Below are positions 8,531 to 17,297 of a stretch of DNA of 34,561 nt, in pieces. The translations under genes and the position numbers were made by a program. The notes beneath the pieces are model-generated. The model was not told the origin of the DNA. It worked only from the letters and a program-made list of their open reading frames with translations, and ran no database searches. The first letter of the stretch is position 1, and every line of letters starts with the position of its first letter. The stretch is taken from the NCBI GenBank assembly GCA_964637745.1, contig CAZWYB010000002.1, positions 1-34,561 of the forward strand, written 5' to 3'. This stretch comes from an uncultured Pseudomonadota bacterium (lineage in GTDB: Bacteria; UBA10199; JACPAL01; GCA-016699445).

Positions 8531-10948
8531 TTATGGGGCTTGCCAATTGCTGGATGCCGCCTGGTGACAGAATCCAGGCCATGCGTTTCTCCCCTCGCAA
8601 GGCGTGCAATTCCAAGGGATCGTTTGGTCCTTGGACTTTCCATCAAAAAATGTGGCTGTAATCGTGCAAGATCCCGTGTGCTCTCCGGCCGATTCACCTT
8701 TCAGAAGATAAGCCGTCTTTTCGAACATGTCCGCCTTATTGGTCAAATCGCAAGTGGACGCTCCTCCCTTATAGGTGGAGCAAATCTCGGTCTTACCATC
8801 CACCGAATTGAGGGACAGGAAAGCACCATTTTGCTTCCCGCAATCGATCGTCAATCCCGTCACGCCCTTCAAGTTCACCGCATAACTGAAGTCGACATAT
8901 TTATGATGATAGACAGGCAGGTCGTCACAGCTCCCAAAGGTGCTCTCCATGAATTTATCGCATGGGTCGTCAGCGTAGGCATCCCCATAGCACTGATTGT
9001 TTGCCCCCACCTTCGCCGTGGAATCCAGTTCGAAGGCCTCGGCCTTGGACGGATCCGGCGTCCAATCCCACGTCTTCACCCAATCGGGGTCGGTGACATC
9101 GTAAACGGACATCTGTTCCGTCTTGCGGAGGCCGAAGATAAAATGCATGCAGTTCGGCTGCAGAAAAAGCTTCGTGCGGTATTTGGCGAACCCCTGAGTC
9201 TGATCGACGACCCATCCGTCGGCGGAAGGATTTTTAATGAATTCGCTTTCGCTGGCTTCCTTGTAGGAACTGCAGGAGTAGTCCTGCTTGCCGCCGGGCC
9301 CTCCGTTATTGAAATCGAACCAGGCGTCGACCCACGGCACGTGATCCGTACTTCCGAACTGCGACCATTGATTGGTCTGGGGATCCTGCTTCCAGAGACT
9401 GACGTCGCGGGTCACGGACCCCGTCATGTCGACAAGCCCGCCGTCGCCGCAATGTTGATCTGCGTTCTGACACACCTGGGTATAGGTGACATGGCCTTGA
9501 CCATCAACACTCGCCTTATAGGTCCCGCCGGGAATCAAAGTCGCGATCGCTTTGGTCAAAGAGACCTTGAGGGAGGCTTTGGCGTCTTCTTTCGAGGTAA
9601 AACCGGGACACGTCACCGTATAGACCTGGTCCGATTTCTCGAGCGGCGCCGAGAAGGAGCACTCCACATCGTAGGCCGTGTTGCCGCCGGTGGGAAAAGG
9701 CGTCAGCTTGCAGAACTGCCCCTTGTCACCCTCCACGGTCGCCGGCTTTGACTGAGCGGCGCAGGCAAAATGGATGAAGACCGACTGCTTGTAGGGATGA
9801 GGCGACTTGGAAAGCTCGATCGTCGGGTCCGTCGCAAATTTTGTCGCCTTGATCTCCACGTCTTGGGTCTTCACCGTCCAGTTTTGGTCGCCCTTCGCCC
9901 GGTAGGCGATCGTGTACATCGCCTTGTTTTGGGCGTTCAAGGCCTTCGGATCGATCTTCGTGTAAAAGAAATCGGCGGGCTTGTTCAAACCCTGCTGCTG
10001 GTCGACCACATCCACGCGGCACAGGGGCACGGGAGGATTGTTGGGTATTTGGGAGCAGGCCGAGCCGTCCTTGCACTCCATCCCGTTGGCGTAGATCCCC
10101 CACTGGCTCCAAGACGGCATGTTGGGCGTGATGACAGTCTTGCCGTCCTGCGTGACCGCCATGCTGAGACAATTCTGATATTGCTTGTTCGGATCGGGCA
10201 CGGAGACGAACGGCCCATAAACATAGGCCTTGAAGACCGCTCCCTGGCACGACCATTTCATCTGCACGACGCCGTCGCTGTTGGACACCACGTTGGTCCC
10301 GCTGACGTCGCACGTCGGAGGTCCCGCGGGCTGCGGCGGCTGGGGCGGCGTGACGCACGTCCCGCCCTGACAGGTCTGTCCGGCCGCGCAATCGGAGTCC
10401 TGTGTGCATTGAGGCGGAGGATTGTTTTGCGCGAGGCATTGTCCGTTGACGCATGTCTTTCCCGAGGCGCAGTTCGAATTGTCCACGCACTCGGGCGTCG
10501 GCTGGGGATTCGGAGTCGGCGGCGGCGTCCCTCCCCCAGCCCCCGTTCCTCCGGAGGATCCCGTCACGGGGTCCAAATGGAATTTGCAAAGATTTTTCTG
10601 ATTTCGGGTGCCGGCTCCACAGGTGACGATATAATCGCCCGCCGGCATGCCCGGAACCGTCGGACTGACGACCCCCCCTTGGGCATCGCCGCATTGGAAG
10701 GCGTAACTGTCGTTGGCACCTTGAGCCGGATGAAAAAAGCCGGTGCAGTCTTGATCGCAGGCGCCGATTTGAACCTGGATCACCCCGCCACGGGCCACGG
10801 GGCCGGTCGCATAACAATCGGACAAACCGCTCAGATCTTTGGACGCCGCTCCGCCTTGCGAGTTCGCCCCTGGCTTACTCGCACATCCCCCCAAACACCC
10901 CAAAGACACGAACAGACAGAGAACGGCCGCAATAACATTGCGCGTCAT
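8531..10948 (-). CDS. Cysteine-rich lipoprotein, paralog E (function unknown)
   Basis: ATG 10948 has GGGGGGAG upstream. The lipobox is LGGC. The N-terminal domain (ASKDLSGLSDC...CKFHLDPV) is about half identical to that of 11075-13210. It has two CxxDxxCxxGxxCxxGxC modules (10352-10492) and the C-terminal motif CTITATFFDGKSKDQTIPWNC. Confidence 0.85.
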   Translation of the reverse strand: MTRNVIAAVLCLFVSLGCLGGCASKPGANSQGGAASKDLSGLSDCYATGPVARGGVIQVQIGACDQDCTGFFHPAQGANDSYAFQCGDAQGGVVSPTVPGMPAGDYIVTCGAGTRNQKNLCKFHLDPVTGSSGGTGAGGGTPPPTPNPQPTPECVDNSNCASGKTCVNGQCLAQNNPPPQCTQDSDCAAGQTCQGGTCVTPPQPPQPAGPPTCDVSGTNVVSNSDGVVQMKWSCQGAVFKAYVYGPFVSVPDPNKQYQNCLSMAVTQDGKTVITPNMPSWSQWGIYANGMECKDGSACSQIPNNPPVPLCRVDVVDQQQGLNKPADFFYTKIDPKALNAQNKAMYTIAYRAKGDQNWTVKTQDVEIKATKFATDPTIELSKSPHPYKQSVFIHFACAAQSKPATVEGDKGQFCKLTPFPTGGNTAYDVECSFSAPLEKSDQVYTVTCPGFTSKEDAKASLKVSLTKAIATLIPGGTYKASVDGQGHVTYTQVCQNADQHCGDGGLVDMTGSVTRDVSLWKQDPQTNQWSQFGSTDHVPWVDAWFDFNNGGPGGKQDYSCSSYKEASESEFIKNPSADGWVVDQTQGFAKYRTKLFLQPNCMHFIFGLRKTEQMSVYDVTDPDWVKTWDWTPDPSKAEAFELDSTAKVGANNQCYGDAYADDPCDKFMESTFGSCDDLPVYHHKYVDFSYAVNLKGVTGLTIDCGKQNGAFLSLNSVDGKTEICSTYKGGASTCDLTNKADMFEKTAYLLKGESAGEHTGSCTITATFFDGKSKDQTIPWNCTPCEGRNAWPGFCHQAASSNWQAP

Positions 10949-11074
10949 GAGAAACTCCCCCCGGCTTGTGTTGAATAGGAATTATCGGCGAACTCACCGA
11001 CACCGGTTTCGTTTCTAATGGACATTTAAACAAATCTTATCATGAAAATGAGGACTTGCGGGTCTTTATTCCGT

Positions 11075-13210
11075 TCAGCAGCCATGCGGGCTTTCGCTTG
11101 CCCCACAGGTCCACGAAGGGTTCAAGGTGCCGGCTTCTTTTCCGTCATAACCGATGGCGGTAAACGTGCATTCGATATCCGTATTCGATTGATGCCCCTT
11201 CAGCTCAAAATATTGCCAATCATAGGAACGCGGATCATTGGCGTCGAAGAAGACATCGTGATCCAGGCCGTCGGGACAATTCACCCGAATGTCTTTAACG
11301 TGCCTCGCCTGGAACCGGATCCCATAATCGGTGCTGCCGTATTCATACCAACACTCATTGTCCCAGGTAATGTCGCTGTTGCATCCGCTGAAGCCGACAT
11401 ACTTGCAGCTGTGGTGATTGGTCCCGCTGCAACTCCCCCACCAGGTGCCGTCGATCACGTCGAAGCGCACGTTGAAGGGTTTGTCGATCTTTTGGGGAGC
11501 CGTCACGTGGGAGCCGTCGTAGTCGTCAATGATCAGGATCCATTGCGTGGAGTAGTAGTTTCTAGTCATCAGGACGGAGCCGGAGATGGCCTCGCCCGCC
11601 TTCACGTCCACCTTCGGATCGGTCAGATCAAACGACACCGTTCCCCAAAATCCGAAAGGGTTTGAGGACGGATAAAACGTCATCTTCTTGGCCCCCGGAA
11701 TCGTCACATCCGATCCGCTCACCTTATGGAAGACGCTTCCCGCCTTCTCCTCCACCCAACAAGACCGCGAGAACCTTCCCACCATGGAGATATAGCCGGA
11801 CAGATCCAGGTCTTGAGGCGTCGTTCCTCTTTCCGTGGTGTAGTAACCGCCCTCCTGGAGCTTAGCCTGGATGCCTCCGCAAACGAGCTTATAAGTCTTC
11901 GTGTCGCTGCCTCCGGCGCCCGTGGCCGCGATCGTGAACTGGGGCGGAGAGGACGGCGTGAACGCGCAGGCGTTACGCAGATAGCTTCCTTGGCCGTCCA
12001 ACGGTAGCGGGGGGGCGGGCGGCTCGGCGGTCGTACAACCGGTCACCGCGATCGCCGATGCATTCAAGTAATCAAAACTGAGCGTCGCCTTTGGCTCCCG
12101 TTCGCTCGTCAGCCCTACCTTGATGTTTGAAACGGACGGGGCCGGGATATCGAAGTCCTTCTCATCGAACGTCCACACCCCGTCCTTGCCGTGGGCCGCG
12201 AGGATGAATTTGCCCTGGGGAACCAACAAGTCCGTGTAGAAAACGCCCGCGAGCCCGGCCGCTGTGAGATCGATCTTGCAGATCCGGCCTTCGCCCGCGG
12301 TCGGCGCGTAATTTTTACAATTGTCGGTCGAGGTATCGCACTTCTCGCCTTCGGCGAATTTTTTATATTCCGTAGCCCAATTTGGCATCACGGTGGTGAC
12401 GTCGTTGCCGACGTCGGTCGTCACGAGGTAGCGCGTGCCCGTCAGGACGCAGTCCGAATCGGCGACCGTGCGGTTGAAAGGCCCGTAAATATAGGCTTGG
12501 TCGGCATTCTCGATCTTGTAGTTCAGACGGATGGCGTTGAAACGCGCGGTCGGAGAGACGACCTTGCCCGTCGCATCGGGGCCCGTAACGACGAATTTCG
12601 CCGTCGCCGGAAGAGGCGGAGGCGGAACGGCGCAACTGCCGTCCGGTTTGCAAACCTGACCCGAGGGGCAATCGCCGTCGGCATGGCAGACGAAGGGCGG
12701 CGGCGAAGGAGGCGCCACGACCTCCACGCAAGAACCGCCCTGGCATTTCTTGCCCGCGATGCAATCCGAGTCTGCCGCGCATTCGGGGGTCGGAGGAGAC
12801 GGCGGACCGGCCGGGCCCGTATTTCCCGTCGCTCCTTGAGAGGCCGTCACCGGACTCAGATGAATTTTACAGAGAGAGATTGTCGCACCGTCTTTGGCGC
12901 CGCATGTCACCGCGTAATCCCCGGACGGCAGATTGGGGACCGTCACTCCCCCCTGAACGCTGTCGCACAAAAACGCAAAGGAGTCCGGTGCCGATCCGCT
13001 CAAGGGATGAAAAAAACCCGTACAATCCTTCTCGCACTGATCGACGGAGATCGGGACCGATCCTCCGCGAACGACCTCCGCTCCGGAGGCACAATCCGGA
13101 GCGGCGTTTAAATCTTTTGAAGCCGAACCCGTACCGGAACTCCCGTTGGAAGAGCCGCAACCGGCGGACAACAATAGAAAAAAAACGGCGATAATGACGT
13201 TCCGCATCAT
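11075..13210 (-). CDS. Cysteine-rich lipoprotein, paralog D (function unknown)
   Basis: ATG 13210 starts the ORF and the lipobox is LSAGC. It has the N-terminal domain ASKDLNAAPDC...CKIHLSPV, two 4-Cys modules (12632-12784) and the C-terminal motif CTFTAIGYDGKEAGTLNPSWTC. Confidence 0.85.
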   Translation of the reverse strand: MMRNVIIAVFFLLLSAGCGSSNGSSGTGSASKDLNAAPDCASGAEVVRGGSVPISVDQCEKDCTGFFHPLSGSAPDSFAFLCDSVQGGVTVPNLPSGDYAVTCGAKDGATISLCKIHLSPVTASQGATGNTGPAGPPSPPTPECAADSDCIAGKKCQGGSCVEVVAPPSPPPFVCHADGDCPSGQVCKPDGSCAVPPPPLPATAKFVVTGPDATGKVVSPTARFNAIRLNYKIENADQAYIYGPFNRTVADSDCVLTGTRYLVTTDVGNDVTTVMPNWATEYKKFAEGEKCDTSTDNCKNYAPTAGEGRICKIDLTAAGLAGVFYTDLLVPQGKFILAAHGKDGVWTFDEKDFDIPAPSVSNIKVGLTSEREPKATLSFDYLNASAIAVTGCTTAEPPAPPLPLDGQGSYLRNACAFTPSSPPQFTIAATGAGGSDTKTYKLVCGGIQAKLQEGGYYTTERGTTPQDLDLSGYISMVGRFSRSCWVEEKAGSVFHKVSGSDVTIPGAKKMTFYPSSNPFGFWGTVSFDLTDPKVDVKAGEAISGSVLMTRNYYSTQWILIIDDYDGSHVTAPQKIDKPFNVRFDVIDGTWWGSCSGTNHHSCKYVGFSGCNSDITWDNECWYEYGSTDYGIRFQARHVKDIRVNCPDGLDHDVFFDANDPRSYDWQYFELKGHQSNTDIECTFTAIGYDGKEAGTLNPSWTCGASESPHGC

Positions 13211-13285
13211 GATGATTTCACCCTTTATCGTTGTATTTCAACTTATCGGCCGATCGGGGCACCCAAGTTGCCCCGCCTGCCACCC

Positions 13286-14662
13286 TTAAGGGGATGCGTG
13301 AGGGGCGGGCAGGATCCAGTCCGCATGCCCGAACCAGGGATAATCGACCTCGGCGAGATTGATATTGGGGTCGATAAGGGCCTTGGGGAGGCCGAAGTTC
13401 AAGGTGACGGAAGTCTCCGCCTTGATGATGGGGCGCTCCATCCCTTCCGACTGCAGCTTTCTTTTCAAAAATTGAGCGTATTGCCAGATCAGATCCGGTT
13501 TGACGGCCATTTCGTCGATCTGAGAGGGGATCAGGTCCTCGCTCAGATCAATGTCTTTCGTTTCATTTGTCTTAGGGTCGGTCAAAGTCAGACGGATCAG
13601 ACCTTGTTTATGGCGCAGTTTCATCCGCCACGAAAAATAATGCCCCTCTTCCGTCCAGGCGACATCGCCCGCAAAGAGCCAATGCCGTAAAGGGATCAGG
13701 ATCTGCAGCAGGAGATACAGTGAAATCAGGCAGACGGCCAAACTTCCGCCTACCCTTCCCTCCGGCGATCGTTCCCTCGGAATAAACGGAGCGGACGAGC
13801 CGAAAGCTGACCGCAGGCGACCGAAGAAGCGGCGCGGCGTGTCGGGTTCAAGAAAGACGACCGTCGCGGCGATCATCAAGTAAGGAAAGACGCCGATGTG
13901 AAAGAGCCAATTATTCGTCACGTTGAAAAACAGGACGCCGCAAACGGCGAAGGGCCGGGTCTTCTTCCAGCAGAGAAGAAATCCGATCGTCAGATCGAAG
14001 AGGAGCCCTCCGTAACAAAAGAACCAGACGCCCTTCTCCACCCCCAGGAAACTGGCCAGGGTTGAGGTCTCTTGAAGCTGTTGGAGCCAATGCCGGATCG
14101 GCTCCCCATGCAGCCAATCGCGGTTCAGCTTCGCTACGCCGCCGAAGAAATAGACGAGAAAAAATTGGGCGCGAAGGAGAAAGACGTTCCAGAACGGGAC
14201 CCGCCCCGTCGCGACTTGGGGACGACGCCATCCGTCGAGGGAGGCCCATCTCTGGGCGCCCATCGGAATCAACAAGAGAGCGATCAGCGCGGTCAGATAA
14301 TAATGGTTGTTGTAAAGGGTCTTATCGAGAAGAAAAAAGTACAGATAGGAAATAAAAAAAACGACGCCGGCGACCCGATAAAAAAGTCCAAGACAGAGGC
14401 AAAGCGCGGCCAGGGCGATGACCGCTAGATGCCAGTAGATGGCGTTTCCCGGCAAAGGACGCACAAAGGGAAGAAAGGGAAAATGAAAAAAGGGATGGGA
14501 AAAGTACGGCGCCTCATGGATCCAGAATCGGAAGACCTGGTCCACCATGATCGCGCCAAAGAGGATGCGGAAGACGGCCAACGAAGAGGCGTCGACGGGG
14601 CGGTTTAAGAGGCCATTCCATTTCTTAAGGCGTGTGGCCGTCGTTGTGGAAGCCGTCGTCAT
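13286..14662 (-). CDS. Vitamin-K-dependent gamma-carboxylase-like polytopic membrane protein (HTTM/VKGC family)
   Basis: It aligns along its whole length with human GGCX as I remember that sequence: LNRPVDASSLAVFRILFG, FLLDKTLYNNHYYL, VPFWNVFLLRAQFFLVYFFGGVAKLNRDW, WTEEGHYFSWRM, PDLIWQYAQFL and VTLNFG..ALIDPNINL. The track ORF starts at 14728. I chose ATG 14662 because it cuts the overlap with the upstream gene from 104 nt to 38 nt. Confidence 0.85.
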   Translation of the reverse strand: MTTASTTTATRLKKWNGLLNRPVDASSLAVFRILFGAIMVDQVFRFWIHEAPYFSHPFFHFPFLPFVRPLPGNAIYWHLAVIALAALCLCLGLFYRVAGVVFFISYLYFFLLDKTLYNNHYYLTALIALLLIPMGAQRWASLDGWRRPQVATGRVPFWNVFLLRAQFFLVYFFGGVAKLNRDWLHGEPIRHWLQQLQETSTLASFLGVEKGVWFFCYGGLLFDLTIGFLLCWKKTRPFAVCGVLFFNVTNNWLFHIGVFPYLMIAATVVFLEPDTPRRFFGRLRSAFGSSAPFIPRERSPEGRVGGSLAVCLISLYLLLQILIPLRHWLFAGDVAWTEEGHYFSWRMKLRHKQGLIRLTLTDPKTNETKDIDLSEDLIPSQIDEMAVKPDLIWQYAQFLKRKLQSEGMERPIIKAETSVTLNFGLPKALIDPNINLAEVDYPWFGHADWILPAPHASP

Positions 14663-17171
14663 CGCAGTGGAATTTGAATGTATAATTGGTGGTCGGCGGC
14701 GTGCGGTCCTCCATGGCGCACCAGCCATTCACGCAGGTTTGCCCGGCTCCGCAACCCGAATCGCAGGTGGAATTCGTCGATCGCCAATAATGCCCGATGA
14801 GGGTGCACGAAAACTGATCGCCCCAGTCGTCGTCCTGCCCCCCTCTATGGAAGTCAGCAGCCATCGTGCCGTCGAGAGAAGGTTCGAGGTTCGGCTGCTG
14901 GCTGACTGTCGGAGAGCCCTTGTCGCAGGCGGGTTCGATGTGGGTCAGGTTCGTCGCATGCCAATGGAGGGTGGCGGTGACGTGAACGTCCGAATCGTCA
15001 TTGCAATCGCCACCGTCGCCGTTGACCGTATAAAAACCCGGCCCTTCGACATACTCAACCGTAAGCGTCCCCGGCTGGGGCGGCGGGGTCGGAAAGGGAG
15101 CGTAGATGTCGTTCGCAGCCGGAAGAATGGAGCCATCGAGATCCTTCACGACGAACTTATAGCCCGTGCAGGGACTGTTGTTCCTGGGGAGCTTGACGTT
15201 TTCAAGCTTCAGGGTCGAACCGAAGACGCTGACGTCTCCGTTGTTCCCCGTGGGCAAAGCGCCTTTCCAAGGGAAAATGTTGAACACCCCCGAGGTACCG
15301 CAAACGTTGAACTTGTTTCTGTCGAAGGCCTGGATCTCGAGAGACCCAACCCAAGGAACGTCTTTTTGCGCGACCTGATCGTAGTTTCCGGAATTATCGT
15401 CCCTCTTCTTGCTGATCGTGGCCTTGCGCAGGACGCCTCCCGAAAAGGAAAGTTTGCCTTGCTTGCTGCACTGATTCCAATTCCCGCAGGCGTTCGCCGC
15501 CCCGTTCGAGCAATCACAATGCCCCTCATTCCCGTCGAGAGCTCCGTTCTGGAATTGAGGGTATCCGGAACTGGGAGGATCCAACTCCACTTTGTAAGTT
15601 GCATCCTTGGAATCAGCGATACCTAATCCCGTCGCCCAGAATTCGATAACCTGGCTTTTGCTGTTCAAAGGACAATTCATCGTAAAAGACGCCAGATTTC
15701 CAAGCTTATCCGGAGTGTTTCCCGTCGGTGGCTCGCAACCCATGGGGGGCATGATCGGCACCGAAATGTTTTTCCCCGTGGCTGTCACTCGGATCTTCGG
15801 CGCATCGGTCTGTACATCGACGTTTGCGGTGAACGTCACGGGATCCACATCCACGGGATCCGAGTCCACCGCCTTCTCCAAGGTTCCGGCCTTCACATAG
15901 AGATGAAACTTCAATTTGTCCGCCAAAACCCGCGTATAGACAAACCCGCTCTTGACGAAGTGACCGGCCGCGTCCTTGGTCGTCATCACGCAAGCAGGAG
16001 GTTGATCACAAAGAAAGCAGGGCGTCGGCGGCGTGTAGCCGTGGCAATTTGAGCCGTCGTCTTTGCACTTCACCGCCGAATCCATATAAGTCTTCACCGC
16101 ATCATACGGGGCCGTTCCGGAAGTCATATCGCCCCCCAAGTTGGCCGCATTGGACTCGTTGCCGTTCACCAAAAGATACCGCGTATGCCCCAGCCCCCCT
16201 GCGAACATATCGTCGGGCTTGCCCTTGCATTCATCGCCCGGCGTGCCGCCGTCTATCGTAATCCGATAGAAACCGTCCGACCAGATCTGCAGATCGGTAA
16301 TGTCCTTGGCGTTGACCCCCGTCACGTTCCAGCTCACCTTGACCAAGCCCAGCCGCGTGTCGAATTTCTTATCGACGGTGAGGGTCGCATCAAAGGTCCC
16401 CAAAGGCTCGCAGGTCCCGGCGGTACAAGTCGTTTTTGACGAACAATCCGCATCGCTGGTACAGGACTGGGCCACGCAATGTCCTGTCGGAGAGCAGGTC
16501 GTCTTATCCCCCGTCGTACAATCCGCGTCCGTCACGCACTCCAAATCCACGCAGCTTCCCGCCTTGCATTTCTTTCCCGTAATGCAATCCGCGTTCGTCG
16601 TGCACGCCACGGGGCCGGCCGGCGCTGGCGTGCAGGTCCCGGACATGCATTTGTCGCCTGTAGGACAATCGGTATCGCTGGAACAGGTCGCCGTAGAACC
16701 CGTGCCGCCCGTTCCTCCCGCGGCGATCACGCACGAGCCACCCTGAAGGACTTCTCCGGGCGGGCAAGACGTCGTTTGCTGCGTCGGGGGCTTGATCGTG
16801 AATTGATCCGCAAGGATGGTCCTATGGCTGTCGTCGCAATTACCGCCTCCGCAGCAAAAAAGAGTCCCCGTCCCCTGGATCGACGAGGGCATCTGGATAT
16901 CGACGGGCGTATCTTTTGAGTTTGAGGAATCGGGACATTGATCCAAGTAAAATTGCTGTTTGTTCTTTTCGAAAAAGACCGTGCAATTATCGGGGCAGTC
17001 CTTGAGGTTGCATTTGACGGTCGTTCCGACGGCGGCCTGATTGGCATCGCAGGTCGTCAGCGCGCCGAGGTTTTTTGTACCCTTCCCTCCACCACCGCCA
17101 CCTCCCCCACCACCGCAGGAGCTAAGGAGCAAGAGACCGACGAAGAGAGGAAGGATGGCTGGACGGCCCAT
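14625..17171 (-). CDS. Cysteine-rich lipoprotein, paralog C (function unknown)
   Basis: ATG 17171 has AGGAGG 7 nt upstream (the track ORF starts at 17192). The lipobox LSSC is followed by a 10-residue poly-Gly run. About six 4-Cys modules lie at 16410-16766. The family C-terminal motif is present but interrupted by one extra Cys module. Confidence 0.85.
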   Translation of the reverse strand: MGRPAILPLFVGLLLLSSCGGGGGGGGGGKGTKNLGALTTCDANQAAVGTTVKCNLKDCPDNCTVFFEKNKQQFYLDQCPDSSNSKDTPVDIQMPSSIQGTGTLFCCGGGNCDDSHRTILADQFTIKPPTQQTTSCPPGEVLQGGSCVIAAGGTGGTGSTATCSSDTDCPTGDKCMSGTCTPAPAGPVACTTNADCITGKKCKAGSCVDLECVTDADCTTGDKTTCSPTGHCVAQSCTSDADCSSKTTCTAGTCEPLGTFDATLTVDKKFDTRLGLVKVSWNVTGVNAKDITDLQIWSDGFYRITIDGGTPGDECKGKPDDMFAGGLGHTRYLLVNGNESNAANLGGDMTSGTAPYDAVKTYMDSAVKCKDDGSNCHGYTPPTPCFLCDQPPACVMTTKDAAGHFVKSGFVYTRVLADKLKFHLYVKAGTLEKAVDSDPVDVDPVTFTANVDVQTDAPKIRVTATGKNISVPIMPPMGCEPPTGNTPDKLGNLASFTMNCPLNSKSQVIEFWATGLGIADSKDATYKVELDPPSSGYPQFQNGALDGNEGHCDCSNGAANACGNWNQCSKQGKLSFSGGVLRKATISKKRDDNSGNYDQVAQKDVPWVGSLEIQAFDRNKFNVCGTSGVFNIFPWKGALPTGNNGDVSVFGSTLKLENVKLPRNNSPCTGYKFVVKDLDGSILPAANDIYAPFPTPPPQPGTLTVEYVEGPGFYTVNGDGGDCNDDSDVHVTATLHWHATNLTHIEPACDKGSPTVSQQPNLEPSLDGTMAADFHRGGQDDDWGDQFSCTLIGHYWRSTNSTCDSGCGAGQTCVNGWCAMEDRTPPTTNYTFKFHCDDDGFHNDGHTP

Positions 17172-17297
17172 ATCAAGACCTCCTGAAATCAACCCCGGGT
17201 AGTTGTTTTCGGCATGTTACTGGCATGCAGTTTCGTCATCGGTAATTTAAGATGTCATCTTACCAGAACCGAAGGTGGATGAGTGATATTTTTTCAC

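Noticed and set aside
14663-14728. A longer HTTM start at 14728.
   Set aside because: It would overlap the upstream paralog by 104 nt. The extra residues (MAGAPWRTARRRPPIIHSNSTA) look like out-of-frame read-through of that gene. This start remains possible.
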